This document shows, in pieces, positions 8,437 through 16,983 of a DNA stretch of 59,959 nt. This DNA is from Candidatus Omnitrophota bacterium (GTDB taxonomy: Bacteria; Omnitrophota; Omnitrophia; Omnitrophales; Aquincolibacteriaceae): the NCBI GenBank assembly GCA_041666865.1, contig JBAYGD010000016.1, forward strand, positions 1 to 59,959. The letters run 5' to 3'. The notes beneath the pieces are model-generated. The model had not been told where the DNA came from and searched no databases. It was given only the letters and a program-made list of their open reading frames with translations. Position numbers and translations under genes: made by a program. Each line of letters opens with the position of its first letter. The stretch's first letter is position 1.

Positions 8437-10428
8437 ATGAAGGAGCCGCTCCTCGACCAGCTCAACCCTGCCCAAAAAGAAGCCGTGATTTGGGGCCACT
8501 CGCCGCTCCTCGTTCTGGCCGGCGCCGGGAGCGGAAAAACCCGCATCCTGACCCGCCGGATCGCCTGGCTCATCGCGGGCGGCGTCCGCGCCTCGAACGT
8601 TCTCGCAGTGACCTTCACCAACAAGGCCGCCGGCGAAATGCGCTCCCGCGTCCAGAAGCTCGTGAATCAGGACGTGTGGGTCAGCACCTTTCACTCGACC
8701 TGCCTCAAGATCCTACGCATGGACGGGCAGGCCATCGGGATCGACCGCCATTTTTCGGTCTATGACGACGGCGATCAGATGACGCTCGTCAAAGAATGCC
8801 TGCGCGAGCTCAACATGAACGAGAAGCAGGTCCACCCGAAGGGCGTGCGCGAAAGGATCCAGAGGGCCAAAGATCTTCTGACGACTCCGTATCAATACGC
8901 CGAGAAAGCGCCGGACCTTTTCGAGGAGGCTGTCGCGAAAGTTTACGGGCTATACGAAAAAAGGCTCGAGCAGCTCAAGGCCTGCGATTTCGGGGACCTC
9001 ATCATGAAGGCGGTCCTGCTGTTTGACCGCCATCCCGCGGTGCTGGCCGCCTGGCAGGACCGCTTCCGCCACATCCTAATCGACGAGTACCAGGACACGA
9101 ACCGCGCGCAGTACCGGTTTGTCCGGCTCCTGGCCGAAAAACATCGCCAGATTACGGTGGTGGGGGACCCGGACCAATCCATTTACGCGTGGCGGGGCGC
9201 TGACATCCGCAATATCCTGAACTTCGAGAAGGACTACCCGGAGTGCGGCATCATCCGCATGGAGCAGAACTACCGCTCAAGCTCCGTGATTTTGACCGCG
9301 GCCAACGAGCTCATCCGGCGCAATACGATGCGCAAGCACAAGGAGCTGTGGACGGAGCGCGAAGGAGGACCGAGGATCTCGCTTTTCGAGGCTCACAACG
9401 AAAAAGAGGAGGCCGAATACGTGGTCGGTAGGATCCTCCAGTACCGCCGCGACGGCAAAACGCTCGCCGATCAGGTCATTTTTTACCGGGTCCATGCGCA
9501 GTCGCGCGTGCTTGAAGACGTTCTCCGGCGGATGAAGGTCCCCTACAAGATCATCGGAGGGGTTCGCTTTTACGACCGCAAGGAAATCAAGGACCTGATT
9601 GCCTACTTGAAGGCTTCGGCGTTTCCTCACGACGATCTCAGCTTAAAGAGGATCCTGAACGTCCCGGCGAGGGGCATCGGAAAAAAAGCCTTGGAAAGCA
9701 TCGAATCCTATGCCGCGGCTCGCGGATGCCCGCTGCGCGAGGCTCTGCGGCACCCGGCCGATCTCGAAGGCGCGTCGCCCAGGCTTCAGAAGACGCTTGC
9801 GGCGCTCGACCGGATGCTCGGCTCCTTTCATGCGGCCCAGAAAAACTTGAAGGTCTCGGAGATTCTGCGGGACATCCTCGAGAGGACGCGTTACGTCGCC
9901 GAGCTGCAGGCCGAAAAATCTATCGAGGCCCAGACGCGCCTCGAGAATATCGAGGAATTTTTTACGGTCATCCAGGACTTCGAGGAGACCTACCGGCCGG
10001 AAGACGAGATCTCGCCGCTGGAGTCCTTCCTCGAGTCGGTGACACTCGTGACCGATCTGGATACCTGGGACCAGGGGACCGATATTCTGACGATGATGAC
10101 GCTCCACACGGCCAAAGGCCTCGAGTTTCCGGTGGTGTACATGGTGGGGCTTGAGGAGGGGATATTCCCCAACGTGAAGGCCTACTCGGAGGATATCGAA
10201 GACCTCGAGGAGGAGCGGAGGCTTTGTTACGTGGGGATTACGCGGACGAAGGAAAAGCTTCATCTCTCCTATGCTTCCGAAAGGCATCTTTACGGCTCAT
10301 GGCAGCACAATTTGCCGTCCCGCTTTCTTCATGAAATTCCGCAGGAGTTGTTTGACACCTCGATGGATTCCTTCCCGGATGACGATTTTGACGACCCCCT
10401 GATCGACGACGAAATCGACGTTGATTAA
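8437..10428 (+). CDS. pcrA: ATP-dependent DNA helicase, UvrD/PcrA family
   Basis: Walker A AGAGSGKT, motif II DEYQDTN, VGDPDQSIY, NYRS and TLHTAKGLEF are present. The start could instead be 8416. Confidence 0.9.
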   Translation: MKEPLLDQLNPAQKEAVIWGHSPLLVLAGAGSGKTRILTRRIAWLIAGGVRASNVLAVTFTNKAAGEMRSRVQKLVNQDVWVSTFHSTCLKILRMDGQAIGIDRHFSVYDDGDQMTLVKECLRELNMNEKQVHPKGVRERIQRAKDLLTTPYQYAEKAPDLFEEAVAKVYGLYEKRLEQLKACDFGDLIMKAVLLFDRHPAVLAAWQDRFRHILIDEYQDTNRAQYRFVRLLAEKHRQITVVGDPDQSIYAWRGADIRNILNFEKDYPECGIIRMEQNYRSSSVILTAANELIRRNTMRKHKELWTEREGGPRISLFEAHNEKEEAEYVVGRILQYRRDGKTLADQVIFYRVHAQSRVLEDVLRRMKVPYKIIGGVRFYDRKEIKDLIAYLKASAFPHDDLSLKRILNVPARGIGKKALESIESYAAARGCPLREALRHPADLEGASPRLQKTLAALDRMLGSFHAAQKNLKVSEILRDILERTRYVAELQAEKSIEAQTRLENIEEFFTVIQDFEETYRPEDEISPLESFLESVTLVTDLDTWDQGTDILTMMTLHTAKGLEFPVVYMVGLEEGIFPNVKAYSEDIEDLEEERRLCYVGITRTKEKLHLSYASERHLYGSWQHNLPSRFLHEIPQELFDTSMDSFPDDDFDDPLIDDEIDVD

Positions 10429-10432
10429 GGTC

Positions 10433-10556
10433 GGCAAAGAAAGGTTTCTCCAAAACGCGCCTGCTTCGCTCGGAGCTCATGGGCCTCACGGGTTGTGCGC
10501 AGATCTCCTCGTCTCCGCAAGCGGCGCTAATTGTTTTTCCGAAACCTTTCCTTGCC
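10433..10556 (+). repeat. palindromic intergenic repeat, copy A (ERIC/MITE-like, ~124 nt)
   Basis: Terminal 16-bp stem ggcaaagaaaggtttc/gaaacctttccttgcc. About 85 percent identical by eye to the reverse complement of 23149-23270. It starts 5 nt after the helicase stop. Confidence 0.8.
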
Positions 10557-10577
10557 TCCCCTTGCAAGTTTTCACTT

Positions 10578-10796
10578 TATAAGGGCGCATGACCGTAGCT
10601 GTAGTAAATCAGGGCGGGCAGAGTTGTTTGAAGGCAGCTCTCGGAACCCTTCGGAGCGGGGCCCACACACGCTCAAGGGCGTGGGGCCGAAGGGTGAGAG
10701 CGCAAGCGGTCGGTTGCCGCAGCAACCGAACCGCTGGTGCCGGAAGACAATTCTGACCGCCATAAAGGACAACTACGGTCATGCACCGACCTTATA
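10578..10796. other. 219-nt multi-hairpin element closed by inverted repeats (candidate ncRNA or MITE)
   Basis: Outer pairs are tataagg/ccttata and gcatgaccgtag/ctacggtcatgc. Inner stems are ggcgg-cagagttgt/acaattctg-ccgcc and a 13-bp hairpin at 10705-10735. Both ends are flanked by TATAA. Confidence 0.45.
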
Positions 10797-10863
10797 ATAA
10801 CGCCGTGATCAAAGATGATATAAACTGCTATATGTTGAATCTGTAAAAAATCCACCTGAAAAT

Positions 10864-10892
10864 TTGCATTCGTGATAAGGGGAGTGTACTAT
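10864..10892 (+). promoter_or_regulatory. candidate promoter: TTGCAT, 17-nt spacer, TACTAT
   Basis: Lies in the AT-rich stretch about 40 nt upstream of the giant ORF start. Confidence 0.3.
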
Positions 10893-10934
10893 TGTTGTGT
10901 ATTAAAGATGTTTATAAAGTACTTAACTGCACTT

Positions 10935-13900
10935 ATGAAAAAAAACAGGGCGCTGACTCTACTCACCATACTGGTATTTGCCATACAAAGCATCGGCTGG
11001 GCTTTGCCCGCTGATGGCTTGAGCATCGCCATCACTCAAGAAAGCCCTGGTTTCTTGCAGATAGAAATCCCGGAAGAACTGGCTTCGATCGAGGAAATCT
11101 ACCAAGCGCCCCCGAAAGACGATCCCAAGTTGATTCTTTACATCCAGAACGCCCACGGAAGCTATGAAGCCCAGATGAAAATCAAGCAGCTCCTCGAGTA
11201 TCTCCACGGCAAATACGGCTTCAAGCTGATCTTCGTCGAAGGGGCGGCGGAGCAGCTCAATCCGGATTACCTGCGCTTGTTCGATGAGCCCGAGAACAAT
11301 GCCAAGCTCGCCGACTATTTGACTCGGCAGGGGGAACTTACGGGCGCCGAATACTACCTGATCCAGGGCCCCAGCGAAGTGGAGGCGGTCGGGATCGAAG
11401 ATACCGGGCTTTACCGCGCGAACTATGAGGCGTTCCGCGACGTTCAGTCCGCGCGCAAAGAGGTGGATACGCACCTCGAGAATTTTGAGCGGAAAATGCA
11501 GGGGCTGGCCGCGCGCATTTTTACCTCCGACACCCGGAGGCTGCTCTCGGAGTGGAAGAAATTCGAGGCGGGGCGCCGCGATTTTCTGCCCTTCGTCAAA
11601 CAGCTTGCACAAGAATCCAAAAAGATCCTAGGGCTCGACCTCGAAAGTCTTTTTTCCCAGGTGGAGTGGCCGCAGATCACGCGCCTCCTCGTCCTGCAGT
11701 CCATGGAAAAGGATCTGGACCGCGCCGCTGCCGAGAAGGAAAAGGCCCAACTGCTCGAATTCATGAAAAGTAAAAACCTTCCGGCCGCGCTCGTGGAGGA
11801 AATTCGCGGGCTCGGGGAGAAAAAGATCCAGGTCGCGCGGCTCGACGAAAAGGGGGAGAGGGCCGAGACCTCGCCGCGGGACCTTCTCGAGCGGCTGATC
11901 GAAGAGGCGGGTCCGTCGGGTTTTCAGTTCCATCAGTATCCGGCCTTCAGCCTTTACGCCGGCTATCTGATCCTCCAAAGCGAGCTCGAAAGCCGGAAGC
12001 TCTTCGACGAGATCGAGATGCTCTTCAAGAAAATCCTCGACGAGATGACGCCCTCGGACGCGGAAAAAAATCTGATCGAGCTCTACCGGGACCATGAACT
12101 TTTACGCAAGCTGTTTAGCCTCGAGTTGACGCGCGCCGAGTGGGGGCGGGTTTATTACCGGCGCGAATGGATCGAGCCGAAGGCGATTACGCGGCGTCTC
12201 GACGCGATCCGGGGCGACTTCTCGAAGGCGGCGAAGCAGCGGACGGATCAGAATTTGGAAGCGGCCGGAGGTCTGACCTCAACGGACGAGAATACCGAGG
12301 AGGCCATTGCTTTCATGAACGGCGTTTTTGCGCGCGCGTTCGACTTCTACGACTTCGCCCGGCGCCGCGAGACCGTGTTCCGCGACCGGATGCGCGACGA
12401 GATGGCCAAGCGCAAGATCTCGAAGGCGGTCCTTATCACCGGCGGCTTCCACACCGATGGCGTCAAGGAGCTCCTGCGCGAGGAAGAGATCAACTACGGA
12501 GTCCTGATGCCGCGTCTGACGCAGGAAATCGACAACGTGAACTATCTGACGACGATGATGGAAACCCGCGAGACCCTTTTCGACATTGCTAACCTCGAAA
12601 TGTCGCTCCGGATGGAGTCAAGAGAGGCCCAGGAAGCCATGGGGCGAAATTCTGTGGAGCAAGCCAAAGTTGTCGTGGGAGGCGTTTTGTCGATTCTTGG
12701 CCAAGTGGCGCCTGATACCGCCTCGCGGCGCGACTTGCTTCAGAGGCTTACGGATAGCGCATGGGCGCAAGAGCACGGGGTGGCCTTGATCCAGACCGAT
12801 CAGACTGATGTTTTTAGCTTGGAGATTGCCGGCAATCGATATGAATTGAGGTTTGACAGCAAAGGGGCCTTTTCCCTGAAGGCTGTTTCGGTGCGGCCAG
12901 AAATCCGAAGCGATTTAAGTCGGCGTCAGTTTCTCACGACTGTCGCGGCTGCAGCAGGAGCTCTCATGCTTCCGGGCGGCGCGCTGGGGGCAACTCGCTC
13001 GCTGAATCCCTTTGCCCTGAAGCCGGAAGCCAAAGCGCGGCATTTTGGAGCCACGTACAAAAATGTTTATTTGCGCCCTGGAAAACTGCCCACGCAGGTT
13101 ACGAATGCTTTGGGCGCGCTTGGTTTGACGAAGGACGATCCCGAAGGGTCGGAAGGGTTTACCGATGCGAACATTGAGGCGTTCAGGGATCAGTGTCTTG
13201 CGCCGGGACAGCCGTTGGCCGGGAAGTTGAGCGGGCTGATGCAGTGGCTGAATCTGTTCCGGGAAATCCGCTATATTGCACGTGAAACGATTACCCGAAA
13301 GACGGCGGAGGGAAAGGCGGCCGGGCCGGCAAGGCTTGGAACGGAACAAATCATTCAATTGGCCGTTCAGATCTGGGAGCTCATGGACCGGCCCTCGTTG
13401 GACGAGATCCCGATGCATGAATTTTTCCTGGATACGCCGGTCAAGGTGAGAAACGTGACGATCGATCCCGGCGATAATATGTTCCGTTTGCTTTTGGAGC
13501 GATTGGTCGAGGATGCCTTGAAGACCGGAGACGTTCCCAAGGTCGATTTCAGTCAGCAGCTCGAAGACATCGGTGCGGGGACGCCACCTGCGCAGATGAA
13601 GACACTCCGTCACGATGCGTTCCGCGCGGCTGCTGAGAGGGTCCTCGGCCAAGTCGAGAATCTAACGGATTGGGAAATTACGGCCTTAAAGCCCTTACGA
13701 GTGGTCCCTCCGTTCTCCGACGCGACCCTCTGGTGGCTTGCGGAAGATCCGCTCGCGCGGCTTCATGCGCCGATGGTGGGTGTGAAGGATCAGTTCGATA
13801 AACCGGGAATGAGAAGGGATGTTGTTTTGAGGGAAGTTCGGGGAGAACTCAAAACCGTCGGGCAGTTCTATCTCTATATGGCGGCCTATGCCCGGGCGAT

Positions 13901-15290
13901 AAAAATAGGTGAAGCGGTCTTGAGCGATCCTCTCATGAAGCAGCGGTTGGGCGAGATGTATCAGAAAGTGACGTGGCAGGTGGCACGGGATGAAAAATGG
14001 CAAGAGATCCTGGATAAGGTCGCTGCCGCCGACCCAAACGAGAAGCCTAAAGCGAAGAAATGGATCGTCAGAGCAATGCCGGTCGCTCCCGGTAAAACGA
14101 CCGCCGTGGCCCAGCAGGACATGCTGGTCATGCAGCGCGCGATTCGTGCGATGAAGAATCCGGTGGACTTTACGGCCTTCGTGACGACGCAAGTGGGTGC
14201 GACCAACTTTGATACGCGCTATTTCTTTGCCTGGTCCGTTGAAAATCGTTTGGCCTTGATCTCGAATATCATGGAGTGCACGACGCCAAAGGCGACCGCG
14301 GAGGCCTTTGGGGTTTACTCGCAAAACATTGTCGGAAAACCTATCATCCTCCCCGTCCCCCGGAACGAGAGCCGTTCGGCAATGCGCGCGCCCTCGGAAG
14401 GAGAGGGTAACGACCGGCCTTTTGTGCCAGCGGAGCTGAGAGAAAAATATTCGAATGTGCTGCTGGGTTCTGCGCTCGCCCTTTCGGCCGTCAGTGAAAC
14501 CGTCGAAACGCAGCGCCCGGAATTGCGCATTGCCCGGTTGAGCGGCGGTTTTGTGGCCGATAAGCCTGACAGGATGGTCGCCGCTTTAGAAGCACTCGGC
14601 AAAAGCCAGGAGAAACAGGCGGCGGTCAATCCGAATCTTGAGGCCATCCGGAGCGAGATGCGGAACTTCCCGTACCCGGCTTCCGATGACCAAGGACAGC
14701 TTGTCATCCTCAAACAGAGTTGGACGCCCGACGAGCTCAACTGGCTTTTAGCCCAACTTGCCGCCAATCCGAGACAGGAAATTCGCGTCGTTTTAGAAAC
14801 GAAAGACCCGCAATGGACCCAGGCCGGGATTGACGCCGCGGTCAAACAGCGGATGAAGGCCGTCTATGGGATGGATATCGGGGGCAGGTTTGGGATGTTT
14901 GTTGCCCCGAATCAAAAAGCTGCAAGGATGCGGTTAAGCGACAAAGTCTTGCGGACAATGACCCGCAAAGACGGCAAGGTTGTGCCCTATGTGATTCTTG
15001 CGGAGGGAGCGACGTTTACCTGGTTGGAGTCGGTAGTGTTGCCGGGGGAGGACTATCGGGTGATCCGGGACGCCGAGCAGTATGACGACGATCCTGATGT
15101 TTTGGCGACCAAAAAGTGGGTGGCGATGTCGCTTTCCCAACATCCCGATGCGCTTGATGAACGAGTACGCCAGGCACTCGATCAGATTGGTCGCAATGAG
15201 TTTAGGATCAACTACGCCGGCTTGAAGGCGCTTGTGGACAGGCTTTCCACCAACATACGGGCTATCCTCAGGCTCGCCGCTTCCGCGTAA
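10935..15290 (+). CDS. very large secreted/membrane protein of unknown function (~1451 aa) with an internal Tat-like signal
   Basis: Uninterrupted ORF with an N-terminal signal peptide (MKKNRALTLLTILVFAIQSIGWALPA). SRRQFLTTVAAAAGALMLPGGALGA lies at nt 12918-12992. The start could instead be 10908. Confidence 0.75.
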   Translation: MKKNRALTLLTILVFAIQSIGWALPADGLSIAITQESPGFLQIEIPEELASIEEIYQAPPKDDPKLILYIQNAHGSYEAQMKIKQLLEYLHGKYGFKLIFVEGAAEQLNPDYLRLFDEPENNAKLADYLTRQGELTGAEYYLIQGPSEVEAVGIEDTGLYRANYEAFRDVQSARKEVDTHLENFERKMQGLAARIFTSDTRRLLSEWKKFEAGRRDFLPFVKQLAQESKKILGLDLESLFSQVEWPQITRLLVLQSMEKDLDRAAAEKEKAQLLEFMKSKNLPAALVEEIRGLGEKKIQVARLDEKGERAETSPRDLLERLIEEAGPSGFQFHQYPAFSLYAGYLILQSELESRKLFDEIEMLFKKILDEMTPSDAEKNLIELYRDHELLRKLFSLELTRAEWGRVYYRREWIEPKAITRRLDAIRGDFSKAAKQRTDQNLEAAGGLTSTDENTEEAIAFMNGVFARAFDFYDFARRRETVFRDRMRDEMAKRKISKAVLITGGFHTDGVKELLREEEINYGVLMPRLTQEIDNVNYLTTMMETRETLFDIANLEMSLRMESREAQEAMGRNSVEQAKVVVGGVLSILGQVAPDTASRRDLLQRLTDSAWAQEHGVALIQTDQTDVFSLEIAGNRYELRFDSKGAFSLKAVSVRPEIRSDLSRRQFLTTVAAAAGALMLPGGALGATRSLNPFALKPEAKARHFGATYKNVYLRPGKLPTQVTNALGALGLTKDDPEGSEGFTDANIEAFRDQCLAPGQPLAGKLSGLMQWLNLFREIRYIARETITRKTAEGKAAGPARLGTEQIIQLAVQIWELMDRPSLDEIPMHEFFLDTPVKVRNVTIDPGDNMFRLLLERLVEDALKTGDVPKVDFSQQLEDIGAGTPPAQMKTLRHDAFRAAAERVLGQVENLTDWEITALKPLRVVPPFSDATLWWLAEDPLARLHAPMVGVKDQFDKPGMRRDVVLREVRGELKTVGQFYLYMAAYARAIKIGEAVLSDPLMKQRLGEMYQKVTWQVARDEKWQEILDKVAAADPNEKPKAKKWIVRAMPVAPGKTTAVAQQDMLVMQRAIRAMKNPVDFTAFVTTQVGATNFDTRYFFAWSVENRLALISNIMECTTPKATAEAFGVYSQNIVGKPIILPVPRNESRSAMRAPSEGEGNDRPFVPAELREKYSNVLLGSALALSAVSETVETQRPELRIARLSGGFVADKPDRMVAALEALGKSQEKQAAVNPNLEAIRSEMRNFPYPASDDQGQLVILKQSWTPDELNWLLAQLAANPRQEIRVVLETKDPQWTQAGIDAAVKQRMKAVYGMDIGGRFGMFVAPNQKAARMRLSDKVLRTMTRKDGKVVPYVILAEGATFTWLESVVLPGEDYRVIRDAEQYDDDPDVLATKKWVAMSLSQHPDALDERVRQALDQIGRNEFRINYAGLKALVDRLSTNIRAILRLAASA

Positions 15291-15297
15291 AAAAAAG

Positions 15298-15378
15298 AGG
15301 GGCCATTTCCTACAGGTACAGGCCTAACTCGGACAAAAACGAAGGCCTGTACCTGTAGGAAATGGCCCCTGCTTTTGC
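15298..15378 (+). terminator. long perfect hairpin (~27-bp stem) followed by GCTTTTGC
   Basis: aggggccatttcctacaggtacaggcc pairs with ggcctgtacctgtaggaaatggcccct across a 19-nt loop. It lies immediately after the giant ORF stop. Confidence 0.7.
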
Positions 15379-15389
15379 TATAATCCCGC

Positions 15390-16175
15390 ATGCAACTATC
15401 CGGGAAAAAAATTCCACTGTGGGCCAGTTCCATTCTTTCCGTGCTTTTCTGGACGGAGTTGGTTGTGTTCTGTATTTTTTTCAATCTCCTGGGGTTCGTC
15501 GTTTTTTTTCCCGTGCGCCTCTTTTCGAGGAAATCTGCCTCGCTGGTTTTGCATCGGCTTGCCTGCGCCTGGGCGCGGTCGATTTTTGCTTTCAGTCCCT
15601 TTTGGAAGGTGAAGGCTGCCGGTTTTGAAAACGTAGATCCGAAGAGGCATTATGTTTTCGTCTCTAATCACCAGAGCCTTGTTGATATTCTGGTGGCCCT
15701 TGCCGGAATTCCCAACCCCTTCAAGTTCATTGCCAAGAAAGAGCTTTTCTCGATCCCGTTCCTTGGCTGGCATATGGCTCTGGCCGGATACATTCCGCTT
15801 GACCGTTCGTGCCGCGAAAGCGGAAAGAAGACCGTTCTCAAGGCCCAGCAGTGGCTGAGGGAAGGGGTGAGCGTTCTTTTCTTCCCGGAAGGGACGCGCA
15901 GCGAGGACGGAGCGATCCATGAATTCAAGCCCGGCGCTTTCAAAATTACCCAGGACCTTGGAATGGAACTCGTGCCGCTTGTGATGGACGGAACGCTCGA
16001 GGCCATCCCCAAAAAGTCCTGGAGGATCCGGGACGCGATTCGTTTTGTGATGAATGCCGGACAACCCGTCCGGATTCCGAAAGCCGCGGATTCGGGGATG
16101 CTGATCCGCTCGCGTGACGCCATCCGCGCCGAAATGACGGACCGCCTTGCGAAGCTGCGGAGCGAGCGGTCTTGA
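15390..16175 (+). CDS. plsC: 1-acyl-sn-glycerol-3-phosphate acyltransferase
   Basis: HX4D motif NHQSLVD and FPEGTRS, with an N-terminal TM segment. Confidence 0.85.
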   Translation: MQLSGKKIPLWASSILSVLFWTELVVFCIFFNLLGFVVFFPVRLFSRKSASLVLHRLACAWARSIFAFSPFWKVKAAGFENVDPKRHYVFVSNHQSLVDILVALAGIPNPFKFIAKKELFSIPFLGWHMALAGYIPLDRSCRESGKKTVLKAQQWLREGVSVLFFPEGTRSEDGAIHEFKPGAFKITQDLGMELVPLVMDGTLEAIPKKSWRIRDAIRFVMNAGQPVRIPKAADSGMLIRSRDAIRAEMTDRLAKLRSERS

Positions 16176-16921
16176 AGATCTTGACGCTCAACACCTGGCA
16201 GAAGCGGGGGCCGTGGCAGGAGCGTTGGCAGGTTCTCCTGGAGGGACTCGCGCACTTGCGTCCCGATATCGTCGGCTTTCAGGAGCTTTTCGATTCCGGA
16301 TGGGCCGAGACGGTTCGGCGTGCGGCCGGGTATCCCCATTTGGTTTTCTCGAACGAAAAGGCGGGGCTTGTTTTCCTTTCCCGTTATCCGGTGCTTCGCT
16401 CGAGCTGTCTTGTGATGAAAACGCAGGCGCCCTCCGAAGAATACCTGCGCTACTCGCTTTTTGCCGAAGTGGATGCAGGAGGAAAACCACTGGCCCTTTT
16501 CAACACGCATCTGTCCTGGCGTCCGGAGGAGGGGCCGATCCGGGAGGCTCAGGCGGCGGAACTTTTGGCGGACGCGGACCTGAAGGCCGACGGACGCGAG
16601 ACGCTCGCGATGGGGGATTTCAATGCGGCGCCGGGGACCCCCGAAATTAATAGGATGACGCACGGCGGAGGATTTGCCGATATTTATGGCTGCGCGCATC
16701 CGGGGGATCCTGGGATTACCTGGGACAATGCGCATCCTTATGTGCAGATGGCGAGTACGGTGCTGCCGGACCGTCGGATCGACTTTCTGTTTGCCCGGAA
16801 CCGGAGGGCGCTGCTGGGGAACCTGGTGTCGGCGAGAAGGGTGTATCTGGAGCCCGATTCACGCGGCATCTTCGCGACGGACCATTACGGCGTCCTCGCC
16901 GAATTTCGCACTGTTCCATAA
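16172..16921 (+). CDS. endonuclease/exonuclease/phosphatase (EEP) family protein
   Basis: ILTLNTW, PDIVGFQE, GDFNAAPGT and DHYGVLAEF are present. It has a TTGA overlap with plsC. Confidence 0.8.
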   Translation: MKILTLNTWQKRGPWQERWQVLLEGLAHLRPDIVGFQELFDSGWAETVRRAAGYPHLVFSNEKAGLVFLSRYPVLRSSCLVMKTQAPSEEYLRYSLFAEVDAGGKPLALFNTHLSWRPEEGPIREAQAAELLADADLKADGRETLAMGDFNAAPGTPEINRMTHGGGFADIYGCAHPGDPGITWDNAHPYVQMASTVLPDRRIDFLFARNRRALLGNLVSARRVYLEPDSRGIFATDHYGVLAEFRTVP

Positions 16922-16983
16922 CGTCTAACTTTGAGAAGGTGGGAAGCTGCGTTCTTAGATTCCGTGAAAAGGAGTGGATTTCA

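Noticed and set aside
10238-10567. Small ORFs 10238..10567 (-) and 23028..23219 (+) share the peptide KGFGKTIS, which hints at a conserved micro-protein.
   Set aside because: The shared peptide arises from the same palindromic repeat being read in the same relative frame. The rest of each ORF is antisense to, or overlaps, the helicase or trpB, so the conservation is explained at the DNA/RNA level.
10680-10705. The segment ccgaagggtgagagcgcaagcgg resembles part of bacterial RNase P RNA (GGGUGAAAGGGUGCGGUAAGAGCGCACC).
   Set aside because: The element is only about 219 nt and lacks the universally conserved GAGGAAAGUCCGGGC region and overall P RNA architecture, so the resemblance is probably fortuitous.
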